The notes: generated by a model from the sequence alone, not told the origin. A DNA stretch of 44,547 nt from Candidatus Sungbacteria bacterium RIFCSPLOWO2_01_FULL_54_21 (GCA_001820725.1 MHQR01000037.1:1-44547); one strand, 5' to 3'. Positions 28,238 to 38,031 are shown, numbered from the stretch's first letter. Made by a program: numbers and translations.

Positions 28238-28864
28238 ATGGATAAGCAGTCAAGCGTGCAGATAGGCAGGCCATCGAAAAAACAAGCCGAAATCCTCAAA
28301 TTCGTCGGTAAATTTCAAAAAGACAAGGGCTATGCGCCCTCATTGAGAGAGATTGCCGAATATTTTGATATTTCCGTCCCCACGGTCCACCAGCACGTCT
28401 CTTATCTGCGGGGCAAAAATCTTCTTGCGACTGAAAAAGGCAAGAAACGCTCGATCCAGACGTTTAGCGATAGCAAGGGAGATATCGCAGAAGTACCATT
28501 GCTTGGTATTATCTCTGCCGGAGGGCCGATTGAGGCGATCAGTAATCCCGAACCCATTGAAGTGCCGCGCAGTATGCTTTCACTGGGCGGCGAGTATTAT
28601 GCGCTGAAAGTGGAGGGTGTTAGCATGATAGAGGAGGGGATTTCTGACGGAGATATTGTGATTGTCCGACAACAGCAAACTGTTGATGATGGCGAAAAAG
28701 CAGTCGCATATTTACCCGACAAAGACGCGGTAACGCTCAAAAAGATCTATAGAGATAAAAACAAAGTAAAACTTGTTCCCGCAAATAACTTTATGAAGCC
28801 CTTTTATGAAAGAAACGTCCAAGTGCAGGGAAAAGTAGTGGGAGTATTAAGAAAAGAAATATAG
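28238..28864 (+). CDS. lexA: LexA repressor
   Basis: wHTH 'GYAPSLREIA', Ala-Gly site 'ISAGGP', catalytic Ser 'GVSM' and Lys 'TLKK'. Confidence 0.9.
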   Translation: MDKQSSVQIGRPSKKQAEILKFVGKFQKDKGYAPSLREIAEYFDISVPTVHQHVSYLRGKNLLATEKGKKRSIQTFSDSKGDIAEVPLLGIISAGGPIEAISNPEPIEVPRSMLSLGGEYYALKVEGVSMIEEGISDGDIVIVRQQQTVDDGEKAVAYLPDKDAVTLKKIYRDKNKVKLVPANNFMKPFYERNVQVQGKVVGVLRKEI

Positions 28865-28892
28865 CATACTTGTAACTAAGGCATCAACGTAT

Positions 28893-29771
28893 ATGGCTCA
28901 AGAGATAAACTCACCATTTCGATACGCGGGGGGTAAATTTTATGCCCGCAAGCTTATTATCGAGCACATTCCGGAACATACCTATTATATAGAACCTTTC
29001 GCGGGGGGCGCTTCGATCTTTTTTGCAAAGGAGAAGGTGGTGGGAAACTGGCTGAACGATATAGATGAGGACCTTATCAATTGCTTGAAAGTTATTCGCG
29101 ATACTCCTGGCAAACTTATCGCTAGGTTAGAGGGGGAAGTCGCGACCAAAGAAAGGCATGCCTACTACAAAAATATCTATAACCCCAAGACAAAGCTAGA
29201 GCGTGCTGTTCGTTGGTTTTATGTAAATCGCACCTCATATTCAGGAATTATGAATATGCAGAATTGTTATTGGGGATATGGAGAAAAATATAGCATGAGG
29301 CCTGAGAATTGGCCGAGAAATATTCTAAGAACCTCGGCAAAGTTACAAAAAGTAAAGTTCACGTCTTTAGATTTTGAAAAGATAGTCAGTGAAGCCCCGG
29401 ACGATTCCTTTCTATTTATTGACCCTCCTTATTTTAATGCTGATCAAAAGAAGTTCTATGCATATTCTTTCAAAAAAGATGACCACTTCCGATTAAGCAA
29501 AATTCTTAGAAAGCACAGCACGCGATTAAAATTCTTATTAACGTATGATGATAACCCGGAAGTACGGGAGCTGTACGAGTGGGCGCATGCAATGCACGAA
29601 AAACAGTGGAACTATACGATAAATCGCACCGATGATCAGAAAAATGGTACAAGTAAAAAAGGTGCCCGGTACAAAGGACATGAATTATTCATCGTGAATT
29701 ACAGCTCAGAAAAACAAAAACCACTCTTTAGCTATCAACTAAATTCTCACGAACTCATCGAACAAGCGTAA
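28893..29771 (+). CDS. Dam/D12-class N6-adenine DNA methyltransferase
   Basis: 'RYAGGK', 'EPFAGG', 'DPPY'. Confidence 0.92.
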   Translation: MAQEINSPFRYAGGKFYARKLIIEHIPEHTYYIEPFAGGASIFFAKEKVVGNWLNDIDEDLINCLKVIRDTPGKLIARLEGEVATKERHAYYKNIYNPKTKLERAVRWFYVNRTSYSGIMNMQNCYWGYGEKYSMRPENWPRNILRTSAKLQKVKFTSLDFEKIVSEAPDDSFLFIDPPYFNADQKKFYAYSFKKDDHFRLSKILRKHSTRLKFLLTYDDNPEVRELYEWAHAMHEKQWNYTINRTDDQKNGTSKKGARYKGHELFIVNYSSEKQKPLFSYQLNSHELIEQA

Positions 29772-30545
29772 AACTTCCCTGAGAGGAACCCACCTGTTAG
29801 CTGGCTTCTGCGCGTTCTTTTCAAAAGAGATGATAGGATAGTTTGGGATGAAGTTGCATGCTGTTGTGTCCCTGCATAACTCACGAGTGCAAATTACACC
29901 GCTTACGCCAATTGCAAGATTGCTAGCTTTAACGGCAAACATTGTCTTAAAAGCGAAATCCCTTAAATTCTCTTTTCCGGTAAACCCTAATTTGTCTAGG
30001 AAATCATTTGCCTTTTTTGATGGGCTCCATTCAAAAAGTCCCGTTGTTTTGTCTGTAGTATAAAATGCGTTCCCAATTGACGAGACGACGATATCAAAGT
30101 CACTGGGAATATACTGATCATTATGAATGGCAAGCACCCCTTCACTTATGCCCATTTTTGGTGCCAACTCCTTTACTTTTGCAGGTCCTAGCGTTCGACT
30201 TCTCATGCATTTGACTCTGATCTCACTATGCCCATCCGGAAATAACCTATAGCCGCCTTTTTTAGCAAGTTTGCATTCGATTCTTATAATTTTTCCTGTG
30301 GGTTTGTGCAACACTCGGACGTCAACATCATGAAGTCCCATCTGTGCATTCATCACGGGTTTATCTACTACCCACTCGGCTAGCGGTAGAATTTCCTGCA
30401 AAGCCATCATCACAGAAAATTCAAACGCTTTCCCTCTAATCATGGGGACAACCTTCGGTTCGTATAAGGTTTCTGCCAGATAAAGCAGAGGAATATTATA
30501 TTTTTTACAGTACTCTTCTACGCTGTCTTCCCAACTTTTTGGCAT
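29739..30545 (-). CDS. putative type II restriction endonuclease (PD-(D/E)xK)
   Basis: 'GKAFE...DVDV...IECK'; convergent with and overlapping the MTase. Confidence 0.7.
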   Translation of the reverse strand: MPKSWEDSVEEYCKKYNIPLLYLAETLYEPKVVPMIRGKAFEFSVMMALQEILPLAEWVVDKPVMNAQMGLHDVDVRVLHKPTGKIIRIECKLAKKGGYRLFPDGHSEIRVKCMRSRTLGPAKVKELAPKMGISEGVLAIHNDQYIPSDFDIVVSSIGNAFYTTDKTTGLFEWSPSKKANDFLDKLGFTGKENLRDFAFKTMFAVKASNLAIGVSGVICTRELCRDTTACNFIPNYPIISFEKNAQKPANRWVPLREVLRLFDEFVRI

Positions 30546-30577
30546 GGATGTTTCATTAAATCTTAAAAGCTCTAGAA

Positions 30578-30665
30578 CGGAGGCGACAGGATTCGAACCT
30601 GTGTGGGACTTTTAGATCCCGACGGTTTAGCAAACCGTTGCCTTAAGCCGCTCGGCCACGCCTCC
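30578..30665 (-). tRNA. tRNA-Ser(GCU)
   Basis: GGAGGCG/CGCCTCC-G, ACGGT-TTGCTAA-ACCGT, long variable arm. Confidence 0.95.
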
Positions 30666-30689
30666 GCAGTGGAATCACCTTACCACGAA

Positions 30690-30698
30690 TTATCCACA
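30690..30698 (+). promoter_or_regulatory. DnaA box between tRNA-Ser and pilC2
   Basis: TTATCCACA perfect match. Confidence 0.55.
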
Positions 30699-30741
30699 CT
30701 TTTCAATGAATGCGGGGTTACGGATATGGTATACTTTGGGC

Positions 30742-31974
30742 ATGGTGGTGTTTGTCTATTCTGCGGCTGATCAGACGGGGAAGGCGAGCAAGGGAGAGCG
30801 GGAGGCGGCTGATGCAAAGGCATTGGCAGTGGCCTTGCGTGGCGAGGGACTTTTGGTGCTGGATGCGGCGGAGAAAAAAGGAATAAAGGCGATGATCAAT
30901 TTTGACGTGGGGGAGATGATGGCCCGCGTACGCCCGGTCTCGCTGGTGGAGAAGATGTTTTTCGCGCGGAATTTGGGCGTGATGGTGGGCGCGGGTTTGC
31001 CGCTGACGCGGGCACTTGACGCACTGAGACAGGAGGCGAATAACCCAAAATTCAAGCGGGTGATCGCGGATATCAATGCGGCGGTGGTCAAGGGTAGATC
31101 ATTTGCCGAGGGTCTGCGCTTACATGAGAAAGTATTCGGCGATCTTGTTATAAACATGGTGGAAGTGGGGGAAACCACGGGTAAATTGACGCTGGTGCTC
31201 AAACTCCTCGCCAATCAGATGAAGCGCGACCACACGCTGAAAAAGCGCGTGCGCGGAGCCATGATGTATCCGGCGATTATTATGATTGCGCTCACCGGCG
31301 TGGGTACGCTGATGATGTATTATGTGGTGCCGACGATTGCGGCGACCATCAAGGAACTCGGCGTGCCATTGCCGCTCACTACCCGCATCATCATGGGCAT
31401 CAGTGATCTGCTGGTACACTATGGGCTGTATGTGGCGATCGGCGTGACGGGCCTGGTGTGGCTTGCGTGGCGTCTGCTGAAAACGGAAAAAGGGCGACGA
31501 CTCTTTGATACCGCGATTCTGCGCGTGCCGATCTTCGGGCCCCTGGTGCGCAAATTCAATACCGCGCGGTTCTGCCGGACGCTCTCATATCTGTCTACGT
31601 CGGGCGTGCCGATCATGAAGTCCTTGGACATCACGGGCGGCGTGCTCGGCAATGCTCTGTTCCGCGATCTGGTGCGCGGGTCTGCGGCAGACATCCAAAA
31701 AGGCAAGCCGCTTGCGACGGCTCTCGGCGGCAATCCGCGCATTTTCCAGCCGCTCGTGATTCAGATGATCGCGGTGGGGGAGGAGACGGGCAAAATAGCG
31801 GAGATGCTCCTGCGTCTGGCGCTCTTTTTTGAAGAAGAAGTAAACGGGGTGACGAAAAATCTTTCCACAATCGTAGAGCCGATTCTCATGATTGTCATCG
31901 GTATTGCCGTGGGTTTTTTCGCGGTGTCCATGCTCCAGCCGATTTACGGGAGCTTGGGAAGTATCGGTATATGA
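30742..31974 (+). CDS. pilC: second PilC/GspF platform protein
   Basis: 'FARNLGVM', 'GETTGKL', 'GEETGK', 'VEPILM'. Confidence 0.92.
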   Translation: MVVFVYSAADQTGKASKGEREAADAKALAVALRGEGLLVLDAAEKKGIKAMINFDVGEMMARVRPVSLVEKMFFARNLGVMVGAGLPLTRALDALRQEANNPKFKRVIADINAAVVKGRSFAEGLRLHEKVFGDLVINMVEVGETTGKLTLVLKLLANQMKRDHTLKKRVRGAMMYPAIIMIALTGVGTLMMYYVVPTIAATIKELGVPLPLTTRIIMGISDLLVHYGLYVAIGVTGLVWLAWRLLKTEKGRRLFDTAILRVPIFGPLVRKFNTARFCRTLSYLSTSGVPIMKSLDITGGVLGNALFRDLVRGSAADIQKGKPLATALGGNPRIFQPLVIQMIAVGEETGKIAEMLLRLALFFEEEVNGVTKNLSTIVEPILMIVIGIAVGFFAVSMLQPIYGSLGSIGI

Positions 31975-32837
31975 CCAAAAATTTTCGCAAGGGATTTACC
32001 GCGCTGGAGATCATCATCGCCCTGGGGATTATATCCTTGTTGGGCGCTTTATCGCTTGTATCTTTTCTGAACAGCCGGCGGGTGGGGGAGTTGGTAACTG
32101 CGGGCAATGAGATGTTGGCAGTCCTGCGGCTCGCGCATGAAAAAGCCGTGGCAGGGCAGGGGGGAGACCCGTGGGGCGTCCGGCTTGCGGGCAATGCGTA
32201 TTATTTGTTTCAAGGCGTGAGCTACGGCTCTGCCGTGAGTTCGGTAACGTATATCGTACCGTCGAGTATTGAAATCGCGAATATAGCGCTTGCCGGAGGC
32301 GGCCAGGAAATACTCTTTCGTTCGGTTGACGGCATCACTGATCAGCAGGGGACCTTTACCGTGCGCGTGCGCGGCTCCACCGCGCAGGTATTCAATGTGA
32401 CCATTGACCGCTCGGGCCGCGCATATCAGACAGGCACGGCGCCACCGGCTACGGGCGCGCGATCACTGGACACGCGGCATCGCGCCTTTGTCTTTAACTG
32501 GGGCATTGATGACGCGACTGATGTGCGTTTTAGTTTCAGCAATCCCACGGATGTGCATACGGTTGTTATGACGCCTGCGGCTCTCCGCGCATCATACGAT
32601 TCAGGCGAACGGTCGTTTGTCGTAGGGAGCGCCGAGCAAGTCATGCGCGTGCACGCCTTGTCAGTAGCGGCTGGCGCGACGACGCTTTCAATTGATCGCG
32701 ACTGCAGAAAGAACAACAAAAAGGTGGTCATTGCCATTCGCGACAGCGACGGCAGTTTCAAGGATATCGCTATCTACGAGGCCGATTGCCGTACGGTCAC
32801 CGTCGGCGCGTACGGAGGAATAATGACAGAACCATGA
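31971..32837 (+). CDS. minor pilin (FimT/GspH-like)
   Basis: G|FTALEIII. Confidence 0.82.
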   Translation: MTKNFRKGFTALEIIIALGIISLLGALSLVSFLNSRRVGELVTAGNEMLAVLRLAHEKAVAGQGGDPWGVRLAGNAYYLFQGVSYGSAVSSVTYIVPSSIEIANIALAGGGQEILFRSVDGITDQQGTFTVRVRGSTAQVFNVTIDRSGRAYQTGTAPPATGARSLDTRHRAFVFNWGIDDATDVRFSFSNPTDVHTVVMTPAALRASYDSGERSFVVGSAEQVMRVHALSVAAGATTLSIDRDCRKNNKKVVIAIRDSDGSFKDIAIYEADCRTVTVGAYGGIMTEP

Positions 32838-33838
32838 TCACCGAACATTCCACCAAAGGATTTGGATTGATTGAAATAGTTATCGTAACCGCCCTGGTGT
32901 CGGGATTGCTGTTTGTGTTTTCCCAGGCGGGCGCTTTCGCGCTCAAGCTTCTGCGGCATGAAAAAGAAACACTGGAGATGACCCTGCTCGCAGAAGAGGG
33001 GACAGAGGCCGTGCGGTCGCTCCGTGACGAATCATGGACGGACAACATAGATGCGCATGATGAGGGCGCCGATCACTACCTCACCCTGGAAAACGGGAAA
33101 TGGGAAATCAGCCACACGCCGGCTCCGTCCGTTGGGCAGTACGAGCGTTTTGTCGTTATAGAGTCGGTATTTCGCGATGCGCATGACAAAATCGCTTCGA
33201 GCGGCGCCGCCGACCCAGGCACCAGAAAAATGACCGTACGGGTGACCAAAGGAAGCAGGACGGTGTCGCTCGTCGGATATCTCACCGATTTCCAGCAATA
33301 TATCCCGCGCCCTGCGGAAGCGATCGCGGTATCCTACGAAGGAGCGACAAACGACGCGGATCTCATCGCTTTTCCGTCCAACAATACCGGCGGCGGCGAC
33401 CCGTCGCAGTCGTTCACCACGCCCGCGTCCGCCATCCGCGTAACAAAAGTGTCCCTGCTCCTGCGCCGCGCAACTGCCGCTCCCTCTAACATATATGCGG
33501 AACTGCGCACGGCGCCGGACGATACTCCCGCGATCAGCGCGTCAGCCGCCGTGGGCAGCGCGTCCATCCCGCAGGGGACTGCGGCGTGGGTGGATTTTGT
33601 CTTCCCTGTACCCATTTCTCTGTCTGTGGCGACCTCATACACGATTCGCCTGCGCAGTATTCCTGATTCCGCCGTGGCGTTTTCCGGCTCTGCTGGCGCC
33701 TTACGCTGGTGGTATCTGCAATCAGGAGCGCAGGGTCCGTACGCGGGCGGCATTGCGCGCCGCTTCATCGGGTCGAGCGGCCAGGGCTTGGCGTTGGATC
33801 AATATGATTTCGGCTTCAGGGTCTATGCACTGCAATAA
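32834..33838 (+). CDS. minor pilin (PilV-like) with extra C-terminal beta-sandwich
   Basis: G|FGLIEIVI, 'LAEEGTEAVRS'; 'SQSFTT..TKVSLLL..WVDFVF' resembles the domain in 24590-26350. Confidence 0.8.
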   Translation: MITEHSTKGFGLIEIVIVTALVSGLLFVFSQAGAFALKLLRHEKETLEMTLLAEEGTEAVRSLRDESWTDNIDAHDEGADHYLTLENGKWEISHTPAPSVGQYERFVVIESVFRDAHDKIASSGAADPGTRKMTVRVTKGSRTVSLVGYLTDFQQYIPRPAEAIAVSYEGATNDADLIAFPSNNTGGGDPSQSFTTPASAIRVTKVSLLLRRATAAPSNIYAELRTAPDDTPAISASAAVGSASIPQGTAAWVDFVFPVPISLSVATSYTIRLRSIPDSAVAFSGSAGALRWWYLQSGAQGPYAGGIARRFIGSSGQGLALDQYDFGFRVYALQ

Positions 33839-34358
33839 TAAAAAATCTCATCACGGATTTTCTCTGCTTGAGGCCGTCGTGTATGTGGCCCTGCTCGGTG
33901 TCGTGATCGTGTTTATCGCCAATTCCCTGATTTTCCTGGTTCAGACCTATGCGCGGGCGCGGGCGGAGCGCGAAGTGCTTGCAAATGCGCGCTCCATCGT
34001 AGATCACCTGGCGACCAAAAGCTCGTCCTCACAGGAGACGTATAGCTTCACGTCGAAATTTGACACGGACGCCGGACAACTTTCTCTCGTCTCTGTAGTC
34101 GCCCCTACGACGGGGCATACAACGGCGTATGCGGACCTTTGGGTAGATAATGGCGTCGTGTACATGCGTGAAGAAGGAGGAGCAGAGACCGCGCTGTCCG
34201 CCGCAACGGTGCGTGTGACGATCTTACGCTTTGAACGCATCATCCAAGCGCTCGGCCGCGAAGCCGTGCGCATGACCATCCGCGTAGACGCGGCAAGTCC
34301 TACATTCCCCGCATCCGCCATACTTACCACCACCACGGCCCTGCGCGGAAATTATTAG
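33825..34358 (+). CDS. minor pilin (PilW-like)
   Basis: G|FSLLEAVVY. Confidence 0.82.
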   Translation: MHCNNKKSHHGFSLLEAVVYVALLGVVIVFIANSLIFLVQTYARARAEREVLANARSIVDHLATKSSSSQETYSFTSKFDTDAGQLSLVSVVAPTTGHTTAYADLWVDNGVVYMREEGGAETALSAATVRVTILRFERIIQALGREAVRMTIRVDAASPTFPASAILTTTTALRGNY

Positions 34359-34406
34359 AGTAATAATGTCTGTTCTCTTTGCCAAGAATGTGATATGCTT
34401 TGACGC

Positions 34407-34835
34407 ATGGAGATGTTTTCTTTCAGCGAAAAAGAAAAAGAAATATTACACAGCGCCGGCATTGAGGCGCTCGTGCTTTTTGGCTCGCGTGCGCGAGGCA
34501 CCGAGGGATCCGCTTCCGATTTTGACGTGGGGGTTTTATTTGGTGCGGGACACGTTCTCGTGCCATCGGATACCCGCACCCGCGTATACAATACGCTTTA
34601 CGATCTGCTGTCTCTGCATGCCGGGCGCGCAAGACCGATGGCGGACATTGATATCGTATTTCTGGGGAGCGCCCCCATGGAACTGCAATCGCATGTTGCC
34701 ACGCACGGCGTCTCAATATATGAGGAGCATCCGCTCGCGTTCGCGCGGTTCCGGGAGCGCGTCATGGATGTCTATGCGGATTTCGCTCCTTTGCGGCGTA
34801 TCTTTCACGAGGCCATTTTGGCGCGCATCCCATGA
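34407..34835 (+). CDS. minimal nucleotidyltransferase (MntA-type antitoxin), copy 2
   Basis: 'LFGSRARG...SDFDVGV', 'IDIVFL'. Confidence 0.88.
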   Translation: MEMFSFSEKEKEILHSAGIEALVLFGSRARGTEGSASDFDVGVLFGAGHVLVPSDTRTRVYNTLYDLLSLHAGRARPMADIDIVFLGSAPMELQSHVATHGVSIYEEHPLAFARFRERVMDVYADFAPLRRIFHEAILARIP

Positions 34836-35296
34836 CCGCGCATACTCTTGAAAAAGACGTGGTTGTCAAGCGCATCAACGGCATTCAGAAAGAATGCGCG
34901 GCGCTTGTGCGTTTGGGGACGACGCCGTTTGATGTATTCAACGACGAAGACGGCACAGCATTCCAGCTTGCCCAGTATCATCTGCATCGCGCTTTGGAAG
35001 GCGTATTCCATATCAGCGCGCACATCCTGTCGCGTATACCCGGAGGGCAGGCCACGCAATATCGCGAAATGGCGCGGAAAATGGGCGAATACGGCATCGT
35101 TGATAAAGCGTTTGCCGGCACGAAGCTCGTGGACATGGCGCGATACCGCAATCGCCTCGTCCATTTCTATGCCGAGATCACGCCGCCGGAACTCTATGGC
35201 ATTTTACAAGATGATCTTGGCGACTTTGAAACTTTTCTACACGCCGTGAAGCGGGTACTAGAGCATCCGGAGCAATTCGGTCTGGCAGTCGAATAA
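34832..35296 (+). CDS. HEPN/DUF86 RNase toxin, copy 2
   Basis: 'RNRLVHFY'; ATGA overlap. Confidence 0.88.
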   Translation: MTAHTLEKDVVVKRINGIQKECAALVRLGTTPFDVFNDEDGTAFQLAQYHLHRALEGVFHISAHILSRIPGGQATQYREMARKMGEYGIVDKAFAGTKLVDMARYRNRLVHFYAEITPPELYGILQDDLGDFETFLHAVKRVLEHPEQFGLAVE

Positions 35297-35440
35297 TCTG
35301 CATTTACAAAGCGAAAACAATACGGGAGCACCGGAAGCGCGACAGCAAGCTTCTGCGCCGCATAGCTGTTATTGGAAAGAAAATTCTTGGGTGTGGAAAG
35401 GCGAGGTCTTTTTTGACGCCGATGTGCTATAATACTCGCA

Positions 35441-36535
35441 ATGATACGCGAACGGATCGTACAATGGGCTGATCACTTTATCCGCCTGCCGGTGGTGGGG
35501 CTGGATATTTCCGATCGTAGCATAAAATACGTGAAATTCTCTGCAGGCCGGAGCGGGCAAATAGAATCGTTCGGCGAAAAAGAAATTGACGAAGGCGTCA
35601 TCGTGGAAGGCCGCATTGAACGTCCAGCCGATTTTGTCTCTGTCCTTCGCGCCCTCTCCTCGCTCTTGGGACGGTGGTGGTCGCCTATGGGCGTCGTCGC
35701 ATCTCTGCCGGAGGAAAAAAGTTTTTTGCGCCTTGTGCAATTGCCCGATGTAAAGCCCGCCGAGGTGGCGGGTGCTCTGCGGTGGCAGATCGAAGGCCAG
35801 ATTCCTTTGCCTGCCGAAGACCTTGCCTATGATTACGAGATCATCGAGTCCCTTGTCAGTCGTCCCGAGCACTTGGATGTCGTGATCACTGCATACCCAA
35901 AGACAATCGTAGATGCGTACATCAGCGCGCTCAAGGAAGGAGGATTTCAGCCCGTGGCGCTTGAGCTGGAATCCCAGGCAATCGCGCGCGCGGTGCTCGG
36001 CGGCGAGCGCGCGCCCGACGCGACTGCAGTCGTAGATATGGGGCGCAACCGCACGACTATTGCCATGTGCGCGGCGGGCTCGGTGATTTTTACCGCGACC
36101 GTGCCTGTCGGTGGACGTATGTTGGAGCAAGAGATCGCAAAAGCTCTCGGCGTGGATATGGCGGCGGCGGATCGCCTGAAAAAAGAGCACGGGCTGATTC
36201 CTGGCGCTTATGAGGGAAAAATCTTCAGAGCAATCCTGCCTACGATGGAGATGATTACCGGCGAGCTTGGCCGCACTATAGCGTATTATGAAGATCACAT
36301 TTCCCATATTCATGGCGGCACGCCGGAAGTCAGGCGGGTGCTGATGTGCGGAGGAGATGCCAACCTGTTCGGCTTGGATACATACCTTTCCTCGCGCGTG
36401 CGCGTTCCGGTTTCAATTGCCGATCCTTTTTACGGCATTGCCGCCGAGTCGCCGTATCCCATACCCGAAATTCCGCGCCGCGAGGCGGTTGCCTTTGCCG
36501 CGGCTATTGGTCTCGCGCGCCGCATAACCGCATAA
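35441..36535 (+). CDS. pilM: second PilM
   Basis: 'GLDISDRSIKYV', 'VDMG', 'CGGDANL'. Confidence 0.9.
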   Translation: MIRERIVQWADHFIRLPVVGLDISDRSIKYVKFSAGRSGQIESFGEKEIDEGVIVEGRIERPADFVSVLRALSSLLGRWWSPMGVVASLPEEKSFLRLVQLPDVKPAEVAGALRWQIEGQIPLPAEDLAYDYEIIESLVSRPEHLDVVITAYPKTIVDAYISALKEGGFQPVALELESQAIARAVLGGERAPDATAVVDMGRNRTTIAMCAAGSVIFTATVPVGGRMLEQEIAKALGVDMAAADRLKKEHGLIPGAYEGKIFRAILPTMEMITGELGRTIAYYEDHISHIHGGTPEVRRVLMCGGDANLFGLDTYLSSRVRVPVSIADPFYGIAAESPYPIPEIPRREAVAFAAAIGLARRITA

Positions 36536-36548
36536 TGTTCCCCACACG

Positions 36549-37094
36549 ATGTTTGCCGTAAACCTGCTACCCGCATACGAGAAAAAAATTATCCGCATGG
36601 AAGAAATGCGCCGCGCGGTCGTGCTTTTTGGAGGATGCGCGCTTGTCATTTTCTGTGCCGGATATCTTATGCTGACGCCATCGCTCCTGCTCACGCGCCT
36701 TGCGACCGCCGAGCTTGCGCGCTCGCGTGCGCTCGAAGAAGAGAGCGCGCGGCACGGCATGACTGACGAGGTGAGCGGGCGTATGCGCACGACTCACGAT
36801 GTCCTGCAGGAATTGCACGCGTATACGGCAGAGCCACCGCGCGCCTCCGTACTTCTCGAGCGCTTCATAGCGCCGGGCCAAGGGATTGCCATTCTCTCGT
36901 TTTCCATAAAAAATGAAGGGCAGGCGGCCATGACCGGGCACGCGGCGACGCGAGCTGATCTTTTGCGTTTTGAAGAGAGATTGCGCGCATCCAACCGATT
37001 TTATGAAATCACGTTTCCGCTTTCCAACATCACGCGCGAGCGCGATATTCAGTTTTCGGTTCAAGGAAAGATAAAACCCGAATACGGCCTATGA
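36549..37094 (+). CDS. pilN: second PilN
   Basis: 'VNLLP' PilN motif, TM, 'GHAATRADL'. Confidence 0.8.
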   Translation: MFAVNLLPAYEKKIIRMEEMRRAVVLFGGCALVIFCAGYLMLTPSLLLTRLATAELARSRALEEESARHGMTDEVSGRMRTTHDVLQELHAYTAEPPRASVLLERFIAPGQGIAILSFSIKNEGQAAMTGHAATRADLLRFEERLRASNRFYEITFPLSNITRERDIQFSVQGKIKPEYGL

Positions 37095-37663
37095 CCTTCA
37101 CGACCTTGCGCATACCGGCACGGTATACATTTGTCGCGGTTTCCGTCGTCGCTCTTGCCGCGGTCGGGATTGCCGCATGGGGCTTTGCGCAGGCCATTGC
37201 CATCGTATGGCAAGGCCATGCCGCGCAAGCCGAGATCAGGCAGAACATCGGTGTGCGTGCCGAGGAACGCCAAAGCGCCCGGGCATCCGAAGTACTGCTC
37301 CGCAACCGGCAGGAGGACATCCGCCGCATCGGCGCATTTTTTGTGCCGCGCCATGGCCCCATCGCCTTTATCGAGGCGGTTGAATATGTCGCCAGTCGGA
37401 CGGGCAACACGATCTCTCTGGATATAGACGAAAACGTCGGCGGCGAGCGCGCACTCCGTTTCCGCCTCACGGTAGAAGGCGGGGCAAACGGCCTGGTGGA
37501 TTTTATGCGCGCGGTGGAGCTTCTGCCGTACAAGATTGATATACAAGATATGGTATTTCAAGATACATCGCCTGCGGGCGGCGCATTGCCGGGTAAGACG
37601 CCGTCGGTGCGGCGGGAAGCACCTGCGCGGCTTCTCTTATCCCTCGATGTCAGCGCTCGCTAA
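37091..37663 (+). CDS. second PilO-like protein
   Basis: TM plus 'VEG...FMRAVELLPY'; follows pilN. Confidence 0.7.
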   Translation: MTFTTLRIPARYTFVAVSVVALAAVGIAAWGFAQAIAIVWQGHAAQAEIRQNIGVRAEERQSARASEVLLRNRQEDIRRIGAFFVPRHGPIAFIEAVEYVASRTGNTISLDIDENVGGERALRFRLTVEGGANGLVDFMRAVELLPYKIDIQDMVFQDTSPAGGALPGKTPSVRREAPARLLLSLDVSAR

Positions 37664-37670
37664 TATCCCT

Positions 37671-37997
37671 ATGTCCTCACTTTTTTCAAAATCACTCTCC
37701 CTGTGCACCGGCTTTCGCGCTTCTTCGTTCAAACGCAACACGGTCATTTTTAGCATCGTCGTGTTTCTGGGGATGTTGGCGCTGGCGTTGTTCGCCATAG
37801 ACGGATATGCGCTGTATCTCTCGCACTTTGCCGAACCCGCGCCCGTACTGCCACTGCGCAATACGCCCCAGCTCTCTACCCAGGATATTGACGGCACGCT
37901 TAAACTCCTCGACGAACGGGAGAAAAAGATGCGAGCATTGTTCGGTGAAGAAATAAAACTACCCTCGGAGGGAATCGAACCCCCATCAAGACCTTAG
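37671..37997 (+). CDS. small membrane protein; 3' end overlaps tRNA-Arg antisense
   Basis: Single TM; last gene of pilMNO2 run. Confidence 0.6.
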   Translation: MSSLFSKSLSLCTGFRASSFKRNTVIFSIVVFLGMLALALFAIDGYALYLSHFAEPAPVLPLRNTPQLSTQDIDGTLKLLDEREKKMRALFGEEIKLPSEGIEPPSRP

Positions 37998-38031
37998 AAG
38001 AGTCCTGCTTTATCCATTAAGCTACGAGGGC
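37960..38031 (-). tRNA. tRNA-Arg(UCU)
   Basis: GCCCTCG/CGAGGGT, GGACT-CTTCTAA-GGTCT, GGGGG-TTCGATT-CCCTC. Confidence 0.92.

Noticed and set aside
3031-30698. DnaA boxes as oriC
   Set aside because: The boxes are isolated and kilobases apart, with no dnaA gene or unwinding element in the window.
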